A DNA stretch of 64,000 nt, taken from assembly GCA_015232565.1 (NCBI GenBank), contig JADFZK010000011.1, positions 358 to 64,357 of the forward strand, in the 5' to 3' direction. The notes under the pieces were generated by a model, which searched no databases, had not been told where the DNA came from, and worked only from the letters and a program-made list of their open reading frames with translations. This DNA is from Candidatus Omnitrophota bacterium. GTDB lineage: Bacteria > Omnitrophota > Gorgyraeia > Zapsychrales > Fredricksoniimonadaceae. The position numbers and the translations under genes are program-made. Shown here piece after piece: positions 54,319 through 64,000 of the stretch. Within the stretch, counting starts at the first letter, position 1; each line of letters opens with the position of its first letter.

Positions 54319-55803
54319 CTAAACTTCTGCGCCAATTGGGCTTTGCGCCCACTCGCGGGAGAAACGACACCGCCAGGACAAAACACTCACATAACCAAAA
54401 CCCACCGCGAAGAGCATCATTATAAAGGCATTCCCTTTGTAATGATGATGGTATGCGTACATGGCACTTAAAAGAAAATATAATGTCAGCAGCATCTCGC
54501 TAGCCAGCAAACCTGCCGACCTTAACGATATAGGCTCCAGGCGTATACGTGTTTTCTCCCGGGCCTGTGTCCCGGCCTTAGGCGTCCGCACAAAAACTGC
54601 CGGCTTACCGCCCAACCCCTTGAAGGCCGCCACCGACAAATGCGCCGAAAGCCCCATCGGCACCACGACCGCCGCCGCCACTGAAAAAACCTGCCGCCAG
54701 GCTCCGCAGCCATGCCGCACAAATTGCCCGAACAGGTGGTACAAGAACGCCACCGAACTTAAGCACAGAAAAACAAAAATATCCCAGGCGCTGTCCTGGC
54801 CGGGTGAAAGCCAGCGCCAGAATATCGACGGCAAAACAAAAACCGCCGCAAACAGCCCCAAAGGATAAACCACGCTGTTGGTTAAATGCAAAAAACATTC
54901 CAGTTTTACTTTAAGCGGTAAACTGCTGGTCAGGACCGGCGCCAGGACTTTACACGCCACCTGCACCGTCCCGCGCGTCCAGCGTTCCTGCTGTTTCTTG
55001 AACACCTGCATATCCGCCGGCAATTCGGCATCGGCCAGGATCTCGTCCACATACACAAACCGCCAGCCTTTCAGCTGGGCGCGATAACTCAGGTCCAGGT
55101 CCTCGGCCAGGGTATCACCCTGCCAGCCGCCGGCATCATTAATAGCCTCCCGGCGCCAGATCCCGCAGGTCCCGTTAAAATTAAAAAACCGCCCGCCCGC
55201 CGAGCGCGCCCGCTGGTCGACCGCAAAATGACTGACCGTCAACACCTCCTGCAAACGGGTCAGCAAAGACGCGCCGCAATTCAAATGCGCCCACGTCGCC
55301 TGTACCACGCCGGCCCGGGGGTCGGCGAAATACGGTACCAGTTTCTTAAGAAATTCCCGCCGGGGAATAAAATCAGCATCAAAAATAGCCACAAACTCGC
55401 CACGCGCCGACTTAAGCCCTTCATGCAAAGCCCCGGCCTTAAAGCCCGACCGGTCCACCCGATGATAATGCGTTATATTAAAACCCCGCTCCCGGGCCTC
55501 AGCGGCCAGGCGGGCGGCTATCGCGGTAGTCTCATCGGTAGAATCATCCAGCAACTGAAACTCCACCCGATCCTGGGGATAATCCAGAGCCAGCGCACCG
55601 TTAACCAGACGGGAAACCACCGCCGCTTCATTAAAAAATGGCAGTTGCACCGTTACCAGCGGCCAGGTCACCGGCAAAGCCGCATAGCTTTTACGCCGGA
55701 CATTCTTGATCCATAAATATACCAGCCCATAACGATGCAGCGCATAGACCGTTAAAAGGATCATCAATACCGTATAAACGGGCCAAAAGAAATACATCAA
55801 CAT
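54319..55803 (-). CDS. Processive GT2, cellulose-synthase-like (CslA-like)
   Basis: QLPFFNE, DDSTD, KAGAL, DADF, AEDLD, QQERW (D,D,D,QxxRW). Confidence 0.88.
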   Translation of the reverse strand: MLMYFFWPVYTVLMILLTVYALHRYGLVYLWIKNVRRKSYAALPVTWPLVTVQLPFFNEAAVVSRLVNGALALDYPQDRVEFQLLDDSTDETTAIAARLAAEARERGFNITHYHRVDRSGFKAGALHEGLKSARGEFVAIFDADFIPRREFLKKLVPYFADPRAGVVQATWAHLNCGASLLTRLQEVLTVSHFAVDQRARSAGGRFFNFNGTCGIWRREAINDAGGWQGDTLAEDLDLSYRAQLKGWRFVYVDEILADAELPADMQVFKKQQERWTRGTVQVACKVLAPVLTSSLPLKVKLECFLHLTNSVVYPLGLFAAVFVLPSIFWRWLSPGQDSAWDIFVFLCLSSVAFLYHLFGQFVRHGCGAWRQVFSVAAAVVVPMGLSAHLSVAAFKGLGGKPAVFVRTPKAGTQAREKTRIRLEPISLRSAGLLASEMLLTLYFLLSAMYAYHHHYKGNAFIMMLFAVGFGYVSVLSWRCRFSREWAQSPIGAEV

Positions 55804-55813
55804 AATTACCTTA

Positions 55814-57466
55814 TTATTTAAGTATGGCGCCGGTAGAAGCCGACGTGACCATCCGGGCATAACGCCCCAGATATCCGCCAACCTCTTTGGGAGGCAATAA
55901 TCGGGTGTTTTTCCGCCGTGATCTTATTTCCGCGGCTGTCAGCCGGACCTGGATGGTTTTACCAGGAATATCAATATCAATAATGTCCCCATTGCGTACA
56001 TAAGCGATCAATCCACCCGCCGCCGCCTCTGGTGAAATATGGCCAATACATGGGCCGCGCGTGCCGCCCGAAAACCGGCCGTCGGTTATTAACGCCACAT
56101 GCTTGTGTAACCCCATGCCCACAATAGCCGAGGTGGGCGAAAGCATTTCCCGCATGCCCGGGCCGCCGGCCGGGCCTTCATAACGGATCACCACAACCAT
56201 ACCTTTGGTTATCTTGCCCGCCAGGATGGCCGCCATGGCCTCCTCTTCCGAATTAAATACCCGCGCCTTGCCGCTGAACTTAAGCATCTCGGGCTCAACT
56301 GCCGCCTGTTTCACTACACAGCCCTCTTCGGCGAGGTTGCCGTGTAAAACCGCTATCCCGCCCTGCGCATGCTCGGGTGCGTTAGCCGGCTTGATCACTT
56401 CGGGATCGATCAATTTGACCGCGCGCATTATAGCCCGGGTCGAAACCCCGGAAACCGTCGGCAGGTCATGAATATCTTTGGCCAGCATCCTCATTACCGC
56501 CGGAATACCTCCCGCGTAATGCAGGTCCTCCATATACCATTTTCCCGCCGGATTCATACTGCACAGATGCGGCGTGGTCCGGCTGAGCCGGTCGAAAGTA
56601 TCCAAAGTCAGCGGCACTCCGGCCTCACGTGCAATAGCCATCAGATGCAAAACCGTGTTGGACGACCCGCCCAAAGCCATATCCACCCGCACTGCATTTT
56701 CCAGCGCTTTAAGAGTTACAATATCCCGCGGGCAGATCTTTTCCTTAACCATGCCCACCACCCGCTGGCCGCTTTCATAAGCCAGGCGCTGTTTGGCGCT
56801 TAATACCGCCATAGTAGTGGCACACATCGGCAAGGACAAGCCCAGCGCTTCCGCCAGGCACGCCATCGTATTGGCCGTATACATCCCCTGGCAGGAGCCG
56901 CAGGTTGGACAAGCTTCGGTCTCCAATGTCAGCCGCTCGTCCTCCTTCAGGTCGCCAGCCTTAAACCTGCCCACCGCTTCAAAAGTATCGGTTATCAAAT
57001 TAAGGCGGCGTTTATTATGCCGTCCCGTCAACATAGGCCCGGCGGTAACCACCACTGCCGGCACATTCACCCTCAGCGAACCCATTATCATGCCGGGAGT
57101 TATCTTGTCACAATTGGTCAACAGTACCAACCCGTCGAAAGCATTGGCGCCGGCGATACATTCAATAATATCCGCGATCAGTTCGCGGGAAGGGAGAGAA
57201 TTCTGCATGCCCTTATGGCCCATGGCAATGCCGTCACAAATACCCGGGACTCCGAAAATAAACGGCGTGCCGCCGGCATTCTCAATGCCCCGCTCTATCG
57301 ACCTCTCCAGGGTGCGCATCTGGGTATGCCCGGGGATAATATCCGTAAAAGACGAAGCGATCCCGATGAACGGCCGGTCCATATGCGAACGATGCAAACC
57401 CGTAGCGTACAACAAAGCCCGATTCGGCATCCGTTCCAGGCCTTTTTTTATATTATCTGATCTCAT
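55814..57466 (-). CDS. ilvD: Dihydroxy-acid dehydratase
   Basis: [41 protein letters not shown]. Confidence 0.98.
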   Translation of the reverse strand: MRSDNIKKGLERMPNRALLYATGLHRSHMDRPFIGIASSFTDIIPGHTQMRTLERSIERGIENAGGTPFIFGVPGICDGIAMGHKGMQNSLPSRELIADIIECIAGANAFDGLVLLTNCDKITPGMIMGSLRVNVPAVVVTAGPMLTGRHNKRRLNLITDTFEAVGRFKAGDLKEDERLTLETEACPTCGSCQGMYTANTMACLAEALGLSLPMCATTMAVLSAKQRLAYESGQRVVGMVKEKICPRDIVTLKALENAVRVDMALGGSSNTVLHLMAIAREAGVPLTLDTFDRLSRTTPHLCSMNPAGKWYMEDLHYAGGIPAVMRMLAKDIHDLPTVSGVSTRAIMRAVKLIDPEVIKPANAPEHAQGGIAVLHGNLAEEGCVVKQAAVEPEMLKFSGKARVFNSEEEAMAAILAGKITKGMVVVIRYEGPAGGPGMREMLSPTSAIVGMGLHKHVALITDGRFSGGTRGPCIGHISPEAAAGGLIAYVRNGDIIDIDIPGKTIQVRLTAAEIRSRRKNTRLLPPKEVGGYLGRYARMVTSASTGAILK

Positions 57467-57501
57467 GGCTTTTCTCTGATGGCTTATGTTACTTAAAAGT
57501 T

Positions 57502-57861
57502 TTATTTCCCGCTTTCACTTTGATCCAGGAATAGCGTCTGCCCTACAATTATACCGGTGCTGGCAATAGTGCCCACCGGCAATTCTATGGCTGTTGCCGC
57601 TCGCCAGAATATCGGGCTGAGCTGAAACGGCCGGATCCCGCGAACCAGCCCGACCACACACCAGGACCGGTCCACAAACACCACGTCGAGCGCAAAACGC
57701 ATAAAGAACATGTGAATCGAATTACACCGCGTTATAACCAACGCTTCCCCCGGCTCCAGGCTGGTGCGGCCCAGCAGGCCCTTAAGCCTGGCCAGAAAAG
57801 TATCTGCCAGCCCGGCCTTGACAGCTACCATTCTCTGGGTGGAAATATTCGCGATGGTCAA
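57502..57861 (-). CDS. DUF192 family protein
   Basis: [32 protein letters not shown]. Confidence 0.88.
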   Translation of the reverse strand: MTIANISTQRMVAVKAGLADTFLARLKGLLGRTSLEPGEALVITRCNSIHMFFMRFALDVVFVDRSWCVVGLVRGIRPFQLSPIFWRAATAIELPVGTIASTGIIVGQTLFLDQSESGK

Positions 57862-57879
57862 AGCTTTCGTCCGGGTTTA

Positions 57880-60054
57880 TTATGACGGGCAGACCTTGCT
57901 GGAATCAAAAATATCCGCGCTAAGGGTGAGCCCCCTCTTGATAAAACCGTCAAAACATACCGGCACATAACCGGTGGGCGCAAATTCGCCAATAATGCGG
58001 CCATTACGATCGGTGCTCTGGTGATTAAAAACAAAGATGTCCTTCAGTTCCGGCAAGCCGTCCACCATCCGGCCGGTCAATTCCGTTATCCCGGTTATTT
58101 TCCGGGTGCCATCCGAAAATCTGGCCACATGCACCACAATATGGATAGCGGAAGCCACCATTTCATAAACCGCGCGCAGGGGGAGTTCAATACCGCTTAA
58201 AAGAAAAAGGGAGTTAAGGCGGATGATCGCGTCCCGGGTAGAATTGGCGTGCACAGTGGTCAACGAACCGTCATGGCCGGTATTCATGGCCTGCAACATG
58301 TCGATAACCTCGGGGCCGCGGCACTCACCGATAATGATCCGGTCCGGGCGCATACGCATGGTGTTCACAAAAAGATCGCGGATGGTTATAGCGCCCTTGC
58401 CTTCCACGTTCGAGGAACGCGACTCCAGGCGGGCCCAGTGGCTTTTATTAAGCTTCAGCTCGGCGGCATCCTCAATGGTAATAATACGTTCGGTATCCGG
58501 AATATATTCGGAAATAATATTAAGCAAGGTGGTCTTGCCCGAACCCGTACCCCCGGAAACCAGAATATTCTTGCGCGCCATGACCGCGGTCTGGATAAAA
58601 TCGGCCATCGGCTGGGAAAGGCTGTGGAAACGATTGATCAGGTCATCCGAAGTATAACGTTCGCGCGAAAATTTACGAATGGTTATCATCGGCCCGCGCA
58701 AGGACAGGGGCGGAATAATAGCGTTGATACGCGAACCGTCGGGCAGGCGCGCGTCAACCATCGGCACCGATTCATCGATACGCCGGCCCAGCGGCGCAAT
58801 AATACGGTCGATTATCAGCCGCACCTGCTGGTCCGACATAAACTTGCGATTAGTGTGTATTATCTTGCCGCTCTTCTCGACATAGATCTCGTCCTTGTTA
58901 TTAACCATGATATCGGTAATATCGGCGTCGGCCAAAAACTCTTCCAGCGGACCCAGGCCCAGGGCTTCATTCAGGATATCCTGCACCAGCCGGGCGCGTT
59001 CTTCATGGGACGAAAGTATCGAGCCGGACTCCTCGGCAATAATATCCGCTATAATACGCTGGGCCTCTTTTTTAATTACCGCCGACTGCTCGGGATCGGC
59101 CAACTGTTCAGGCGTGGCCTTCAAATTCATCCGGTCGATCAGTTTGCCATGCACGCGCCGCTTGAACTGGTCGACCTGGTCATCTTCTTTCTTGGAGACC
59201 ACCTGCAACTGGTTAACATTGCCCGCCCGGGTAATGCCAAACCTTTCCCAAAAATTATCGCCTTTTTTCTCGTCGGTAGTAGCCCGGACGCGGTACACCT
59301 CGGAGGTCAGGACATACAGGCTCTCGTGCTCCAGCTGTTCAGCCATGTCAATAAAAGCCTGGGCCACCTTGGAGCGCGGAGAATCCATCACGCAGGGGAT
59401 CCCGCGATTCAGGGCCACGCCCACCACCTTGCCATCCGAAGGAATACGAGCCAGGATATCCAGGCCGAGCGCGGCTTTCACTTCCTGCCAGGCCACCCCG
59501 CCATGGCTTTCCGAACGATTCAAAACCAACTTTACCATCTTGAGCGGGAAATGCTGGCTTTGCAAAACCTCAATGCCCCACTTGAGCTGGTACACCGCCA
59601 GAATATCCGGCGTGGCTATAAGCAAAATAAGATTGGAAATATCCAGCACCGAAAGCAAGACCTCCGAAAAAGCCTTGCCCACATCCACGATCACATAATC
59701 GTATTGGTTGGAGATCTTCTTAAAGAATATCTTGGTATTATCGGGGGTTATCTGACCGGCCTGGCGGACAGTCGTGACTGCCGGAATAAAATCAATACCG
59801 GAAGAATGCCGGGTGACAAAATTCTTTATAACCGAGGGATCCACTACCCGTTCCAGCTCGGGGAGGGCATCAATTACAGAATGCCGCGGAGCCAGATTCA
59901 GCATCCGGGCCATGTCCTGGCCCGACTGAAAATCATAATCCACCAGCAAAACCTTGTGCCCGGCCATCACCAAAGCGGTGGCAGTATTTACACAGGAAAA
60001 GGTCTTGCCAACGCCGCCTTTATTGCTAAAAACTGTAATTATTCGAGCGATCAT
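57880..60054 (-). CDS. tadA: Fused TadZ/CpaE (MinD-like) and TadA/CpaF pilus ATPase
   Basis: N-terminal deviant Walker A KGGVGKT; C-terminal GGTGSGKTT, RMRPDRIIIGE, AMNTGHDG. Confidence 0.9.
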   Translation of the reverse strand: MIARIITVFSNKGGVGKTFSCVNTATALVMAGHKVLLVDYDFQSGQDMARMLNLAPRHSVIDALPELERVVDPSVIKNFVTRHSSGIDFIPAVTTVRQAGQITPDNTKIFFKKISNQYDYVIVDVGKAFSEVLLSVLDISNLILLIATPDILAVYQLKWGIEVLQSQHFPLKMVKLVLNRSESHGGVAWQEVKAALGLDILARIPSDGKVVGVALNRGIPCVMDSPRSKVAQAFIDMAEQLEHESLYVLTSEVYRVRATTDEKKGDNFWERFGITRAGNVNQLQVVSKKEDDQVDQFKRRVHGKLIDRMNLKATPEQLADPEQSAVIKKEAQRIIADIIAEESGSILSSHEERARLVQDILNEALGLGPLEEFLADADITDIMVNNKDEIYVEKSGKIIHTNRKFMSDQQVRLIIDRIIAPLGRRIDESVPMVDARLPDGSRINAIIPPLSLRGPMITIRKFSRERYTSDDLINRFHSLSQPMADFIQTAVMARKNILVSGGTGSGKTTLLNIISEYIPDTERIITIEDAAELKLNKSHWARLESRSSNVEGKGAITIRDLFVNTMRMRPDRIIIGECRGPEVIDMLQAMNTGHDGSLTTVHANSTRDAIIRLNSLFLLSGIELPLRAVYEMVASAIHIVVHVARFSDGTRKITGITELTGRMVDGLPELKDIFVFNHQSTDRNGRIIGEFAPTGYVPVCFDGFIKRGLTLSADIFDSSKVCPS

Positions 60055-60073
60055 GCTCTCTTATCTATCATAG

Positions 60074-61747
60074 TTACTTACGTTTGGCAACATTTTTCAA
60101 AAAAGCATCGAGGCTGTAAACGATAGGAAGCGTTACAGTTATCTCATCTTGCGCCAGGCCGGCAGGAAAAGCGCTGTACGGCGCAAGGATCTGGGCTGTA
60201 TTAACGGCGTCCTGGTCAAAAACATCGTAACCGGAACTTTCTTTTACAAAAACATCGCGCAAACTGCCATCCTTGCGGATCACCAAAGCCAGCTTCACGG
60301 TACCCTGCCAGCGATTCTCCTGGGCTTCGTAAGGATAAGCGATCGAAGCCGAAACCTTCTGCTGAACGGCTTCAGCATACGGCTTGAGTTCCGGCGCTAT
60401 AGTGACCGGCACTTCCGCCGCGTTCTTGGCGATCACCGGTAATTTCACATCATTCCGCCCGGCCGCCATAGTGATCTGGTCATCGGGCTTTACTACCGGA
60501 AGATTGTCGTTCTTGACCACCGGCTCAATTTTAATTTCTTCCTCTTTAACCAAGGCTTTAATGATCGTTGGAGTAATAGAAATTACTACTTCCGTTTCGC
60601 TGGTAGGTGTTTTCGTATTACGGAAAAGTGCGCCCACCAACGGAATTTTGCTCATTAAAGGCACTCGGTTAACCGTCTGGCTGTCACGCTTGTCTATTAA
60701 ACCCGCCAGCACTATGGTTTGCTTATCATCCAGAAAAAGCTGGGTTTGCGCAGTCCGCGTGGTAAAAGCAACATCACCATTTGCTCCAGTGCGGCCTTCA
60801 TCAATGCCGCTGATCTCAACATTCAACAAAAGATCAACCTTACCCTTCTTAATAGATGGCGTTGCCCCCATGCTGATACCATAAGACTTGAATGAAACAC
60901 TGGTTTGTGTAGTCTGGGAACTGACGGATGAAGTGGTTGTGGATATCGGTATTTCCCCGCCCACCAAAAAAGTGGCTTCTTTGCCGCTCTTAACAACCAA
61001 CCGCGGCTTTGAAAGAACGTGGCCCTTGCCCTCTGTGATTAAAGCATTGATAGCCGCCAGCAATGCCGTTGTACGATTAAAATCTCCGATCGTAAATAAA
61101 TCTTTAACCTTACCGGTTGCCGTCGGCAAAGTTTCGCTAACACTTAAGGAATCATTCCATTTTACACCCAACAGTTTACTCAACGACGAAGACAACTCGG
61201 TGATCTGCATATCCAGCTGGATCATGTCCTCAATGTCTTCTTTTTTAACCAGGTTCAGCACACTACCCGGAAAAGAATCCGCCACTGAATTAACGTTAGC
61301 CATCTTATCTTCCGGCACAACCCCGGTCAGCATAACCTTGCCTTCCAGGTCGTTTTGTTCGACCTTGACACCAGTAACCAGTGAAGCATCCAACAACGTC
61401 TGAATACGGGCTTTAACCAGGCCCAGATCATCGGTAATAACCCGGATTATAAATGAACGCTTCCCGCTCTCATCCCACAGAAACAACACCGTCTGCCCGG
61501 CCTGCTGGCCCACCACCACCACTTGCCCGGGCTGGGCATCCGTAATATCGGCCACGGCCGGATCGGTCACCGAAACCCGCTGTAAACCTTTTGCGGCGAT
61601 CGTATACACATCACCTTTAAGTATCTGGACCTCTTCGAAAGCCCCGACAGCCGCCAACGCGATGTGGGCCGGCGACATCAGCAAACAAACCGCCAGCAAC
61701 AAACTCAAGCTTTTCTTCATAGTCCCCACCATTAGGTTAATGTTCAT
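60074..61747 (-). CDS. rcpA: RcpA/CpaC Tad secretin with a C-terminal TonB_C-like domain
   Basis: T2SS-T3SS_pil_N-like start, BON-like region, secretin FLVGGEIP...VPLMSKIPLVGALF; then YPYEA...QGTV...DG...SSG..FD..A. Confidence 0.85.
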   Translation of the reverse strand: MNINLMVGTMKKSLSLLLAVCLLMSPAHIALAAVGAFEEVQILKGDVYTIAAKGLQRVSVTDPAVADITDAQPGQVVVVGQQAGQTVLFLWDESGKRSFIIRVITDDLGLVKARIQTLLDASLVTGVKVEQNDLEGKVMLTGVVPEDKMANVNSVADSFPGSVLNLVKKEDIEDMIQLDMQITELSSSLSKLLGVKWNDSLSVSETLPTATGKVKDLFTIGDFNRTTALLAAINALITEGKGHVLSKPRLVVKSGKEATFLVGGEIPISTTTSSVSSQTTQTSVSFKSYGISMGATPSIKKGKVDLLLNVEISGIDEGRTGANGDVAFTTRTAQTQLFLDDKQTIVLAGLIDKRDSQTVNRVPLMSKIPLVGALFRNTKTPTSETEVVISITPTIIKALVKEEEIKIEPVVKNDNLPVVKPDDQITMAAGRNDVKLPVIAKNAAEVPVTIAPELKPYAEAVQQKVSASIAYPYEAQENRWQGTVKLALVIRKDGSLRDVFVKESSGYDVFDQDAVNTAQILAPYSAFPAGLAQDEITVTLPIVYSLDAFLKNVAKRK

Positions 61748-61750
61748 CGA

Positions 61751-62614
61751 TCAAAGCTCCCTTCCACCGCGGTATATCTGAATATACGGCTTGGCATCCA
61801 CGGCGCTCTCGGTCTCCACGCTCAGCTCGGCTTTTCTGGCTACCGGCTCTTCAGTCTGCAACTTGATATCCGCGCCGCTGTTCTCCAGCACATACTCACC
61901 CAGCGTAGACCAGTTGGCGGTGGGTATCATCGGCCGGCCTTTTTCGGTCGGCGTACGCAAAGCCAGTTCCAGCTTTCCGTTCAGGTCGGCAAAAGCCAGC
62001 AAGCCGGCTTCCTGCGGATCGACCGCAAAGGTAACTTTTAAGGCTTTTTCTTTTTGCTGGAATTCATAAGCACCGGGCTCGTCAATATTCGTATTGATGG
62101 CCAGCACCTGCAGGCCCTGAAAGATCATGGCCGTAACTTTTTCCTTTGGATCGAGCTTTTTTCCCGTGGGCATATCCAAATGGGCAATAACGTCCACGAA
62201 ATCGCCAGGGTTAAGCAGTCCGCCTACCGCGCCCAAAGATTGCAGTTCCACCGTAAGAGCGCGCTTGCCCGCCGGAGTACGTAAGGCGAGCGAAGGCTTC
62301 TTTTTGGGGGCTTCCGCGGCCGCTGTTGTAACGGCGGCTTTTTGTGAGGCCGCCATTTTTACCGCTTCCTGCGCGGCTTTATTGGCACTGGCCTGCACTT
62401 CCACTATCTTCTGGTTAAGGCTCGCGATGTCCTGCTGATACTGTGCCTTGTTCTCTTCCTGCGCTTTCTGGTACTGATTGGCCAGCTTGGTAGTCCCCTC
62501 ATTCACCATCGAGGTTACCACATTGCCAACCAGGACCGAGGCCACTACCCCGGCCGCTATCGCTACCGCGATAAAAGTGAACTGCACTTTGTTCCCTGCG
62601 TTAAATAAGGCCAT
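61751..62614 (-). CDS. cpaB: Flp pilus assembly protein CpaB/RcpC
   Basis: PAGKRALT, VGGLLNPGDFVDVI, VLAI, LALR. Confidence 0.9.
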   Translation of the reverse strand: MALFNAGNKVQFTFIAVAIAAGVVASVLVGNVVTSMVNEGTTKLANQYQKAQEENKAQYQQDIASLNQKIVEVQASANKAAQEAVKMAASQKAAVTTAAAEAPKKKPSLALRTPAGKRALTVELQSLGAVGGLLNPGDFVDVIAHLDMPTGKKLDPKEKVTAMIFQGLQVLAINTNIDEPGAYEFQQKEKALKVTFAVDPQEAGLLAFADLNGKLELALRTPTEKGRPMIPTANWSTLGEYVLENSGADIKLQTEEPVARKAELSVETESAVDAKPYIQIYRGGREL

Positions 62615-62616
62615 AA

Positions 62617-63591
62617 TTATTCTCCGGTTTTTTCGTTCAGCAGTTCGGTGTTCACGCTGATCTTGACCTTTTTGGTCACTTCAGCCATTTTATCCAACAC
62701 CGCTTTCTGCTGTTTCTGGGCTGTCAGCCCCTTGATCAACTCCGCCTTGACGGTCTCAAAAGACGCTTTATCACCGCCGCGCACATCATCTACCTTTACA
62801 ATGTAATAACCTTCCGGGCCCTGGAACACTGCCGACACATTGCCTTTGTTAAGCGCATCCACCGCCCGGCCCTGCTGTTCAAAAGCATATTTAACCAAAA
62901 AACCGAGGTCACCGCCCGCCGCCGCTGTTTTACCCTTGGAGCGGTCTTTGGCGATCTGCGCAAAATCCCCGCCCTGTAAAACCTGGACCAGGATATCTTT
63001 GGCTTCCGCTTCGGTCAACACCACGATCTCGCTGACCTTCTTCTCCACCGGATTCAAAAAAGTATCCGGATTCTTTTCGTAATACTCTTTGGCCTCTGCT
63101 TCGGATGATGCCAGATCCTTGGTTAACCCGGCTACCAACTCCTGAACCAGAATGTTATTCTCAAAATCTTGCATGGCCGCGCGCACCACTTTGGATTCAT
63201 TCAGTTTTTGCTCACGCGCTTCATAAACCATCAACTGTTGCCGAATAAGCTCATCCAGTAACATATTGCGGGATTCGGTTTTCTTTTCATCAAAATCAGT
63301 CACCACCTGCTTGATGTTTTTAACTCTTTCCGCAAACTCCGCAGTGGTCAAGGTCCAATCCCCAACCTTGGCCAATACGTCTTTAGGTAATTTTTCATCT
63401 GCGGCTACTACGGTAGTGGCCGAAGTCGCAGGAGTTGCTACGGCAACCGGTGCCACATTGGCAACAGGAGCGCTAACGGTTTTGGTAGCTGGTACTTTAC
63501 CGGATTTTGGAAAAAGATTATCACAGCCGCTCAAGCACAGAACGGCAAGGAATGTAAACAAAACAAACTCTCTCTTTGTGGCAACAACCAT
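62617..63591 (-). CDS. Parvulin-type peptidyl-prolyl isomerase lipoprotein (PrsA/SurA-like)
   Basis: Lipobox LSGC, FAQIAKDRS, GGDLG, GYYIVK. Confidence 0.87.
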   Translation of the reverse strand: MVVATKREFVLFTFLAVLCLSGCDNLFPKSGKVPATKTVSAPVANVAPVAVATPATSATTVVAADEKLPKDVLAKVGDWTLTTAEFAERVKNIKQVVTDFDEKKTESRNMLLDELIRQQLMVYEAREQKLNESKVVRAAMQDFENNILVQELVAGLTKDLASSEAEAKEYYEKNPDTFLNPVEKKVSEIVVLTEAEAKDILVQVLQGGDFAQIAKDRSKGKTAAAGGDLGFLVKYAFEQQGRAVDALNKGNVSAVFQGPEGYYIVKVDDVRGGDKASFETVKAELIKGLTAQKQQKAVLDKMAEVTKKVKISVNTELLNEKTGE

Positions 63592-63678
63592 GGTCTTATC
63601 CTCCTGATTAGTAGTTCCGCTTTAATTATACACGACATTTGTCAAAAAAACAAGTTTAGCACAAAAATTAATGAATTC

Positions 63679-64000
63679 TCAACTTTTCAACAACCCCAAA
63701 ACCTGGTCGCGCTCCTCGAGCAATTCAGCTAAAGTAAGGGCGATTTTTTGTTGCGCGAAACCATCCAGCGTTAACCCTTTGACCACTTGCCAATCCCGGC
63801 CATTGGAACAAACGGGAAAACCAAACACCAGCCCGGCAGGTATATCGTAACTGCCATCCGATACCGCGGCCACCGAAAAAAATTCCCCTTCCGCAGTTGG
63901 CGTAATTAATGCCCGCACAGTATCCACCACCGCATTAGCCGCGGAAGCCGCGGAAGAAAACCCGCGCGCTTTTATAATTTCGGCGCCGCGCTTTTGCACC
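63679..64000 (-). CDS. mdh: Malate dehydrogenase, C-terminal part (truncated by the window edge)
   Basis: [33 protein letters not shown]. Confidence 0.9.
   Translation of the reverse strand, partial: VQKRGAEIIKARGFSSAASAANAVVDTVRALITPTAEGEFFSVAAVSDGSYDIPAGLVFGFPVCSNGRDWQVVKGLTLDGFAQQKIALTLAELLEERDQVLGLLKS

Noticed and set aside
58249-60126. 625-aa plus-strand ORF, and similar long antisense ORFs (498-1271, 2288-3367, 5526-6773, 16918-18027, 47238-48314, 50039-51532)
   Set aside because: These are shadow frames opposite well-conserved genes in GC-rich coding DNA, with no recognisable motifs.

Overview
A 64-kb bacterial chromosomal segment with nearly all genes on the minus strand. Gene content suggests Candidatus Omnitrophota (inference from the fused TadZ-TadA, the secretin and a large secreted 'GGIDF'-ending protein). 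Left to right: a ~96-bp tandem repeat; pyrG-purF-carB-carA; a DUF4062/RecG-C/HTH gene broken by an in-frame TAG; an Lnt fused to a Q/A-rich secreted module; gltDB; a glycosylation island (methyltransferase, two GT2, radical SAM, two tandem GT-C paralogues); nadE; GSIII with an attenuator next to a GAF-GAF-ANTAR regulator; a TMTC-like GT-C/TPR protein; yhcG; a 1316-aa secreted modular protein; a candidate structured ncRNA; a polyphosphate cluster (ROK kinase, metallophosphoesterase-HD, CHAD, ppk1, ppx); glycogen genes (GH57, glgB, glgP); GT2; ilvD; a Tad pilus cluster; partial mdh. The best candidate for an undescribed system is 34.0-39.6 kb. There, a signal-peptide protein carries an AT-rich middle region with NadD-like and NDK-like motifs between putative constant N- and C-terminal modules. 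An orphan 125-bp copy of its own 3' end lies beyond yhcG, suggesting cassette exchange. All calls come from motif reading only; no searches were run.
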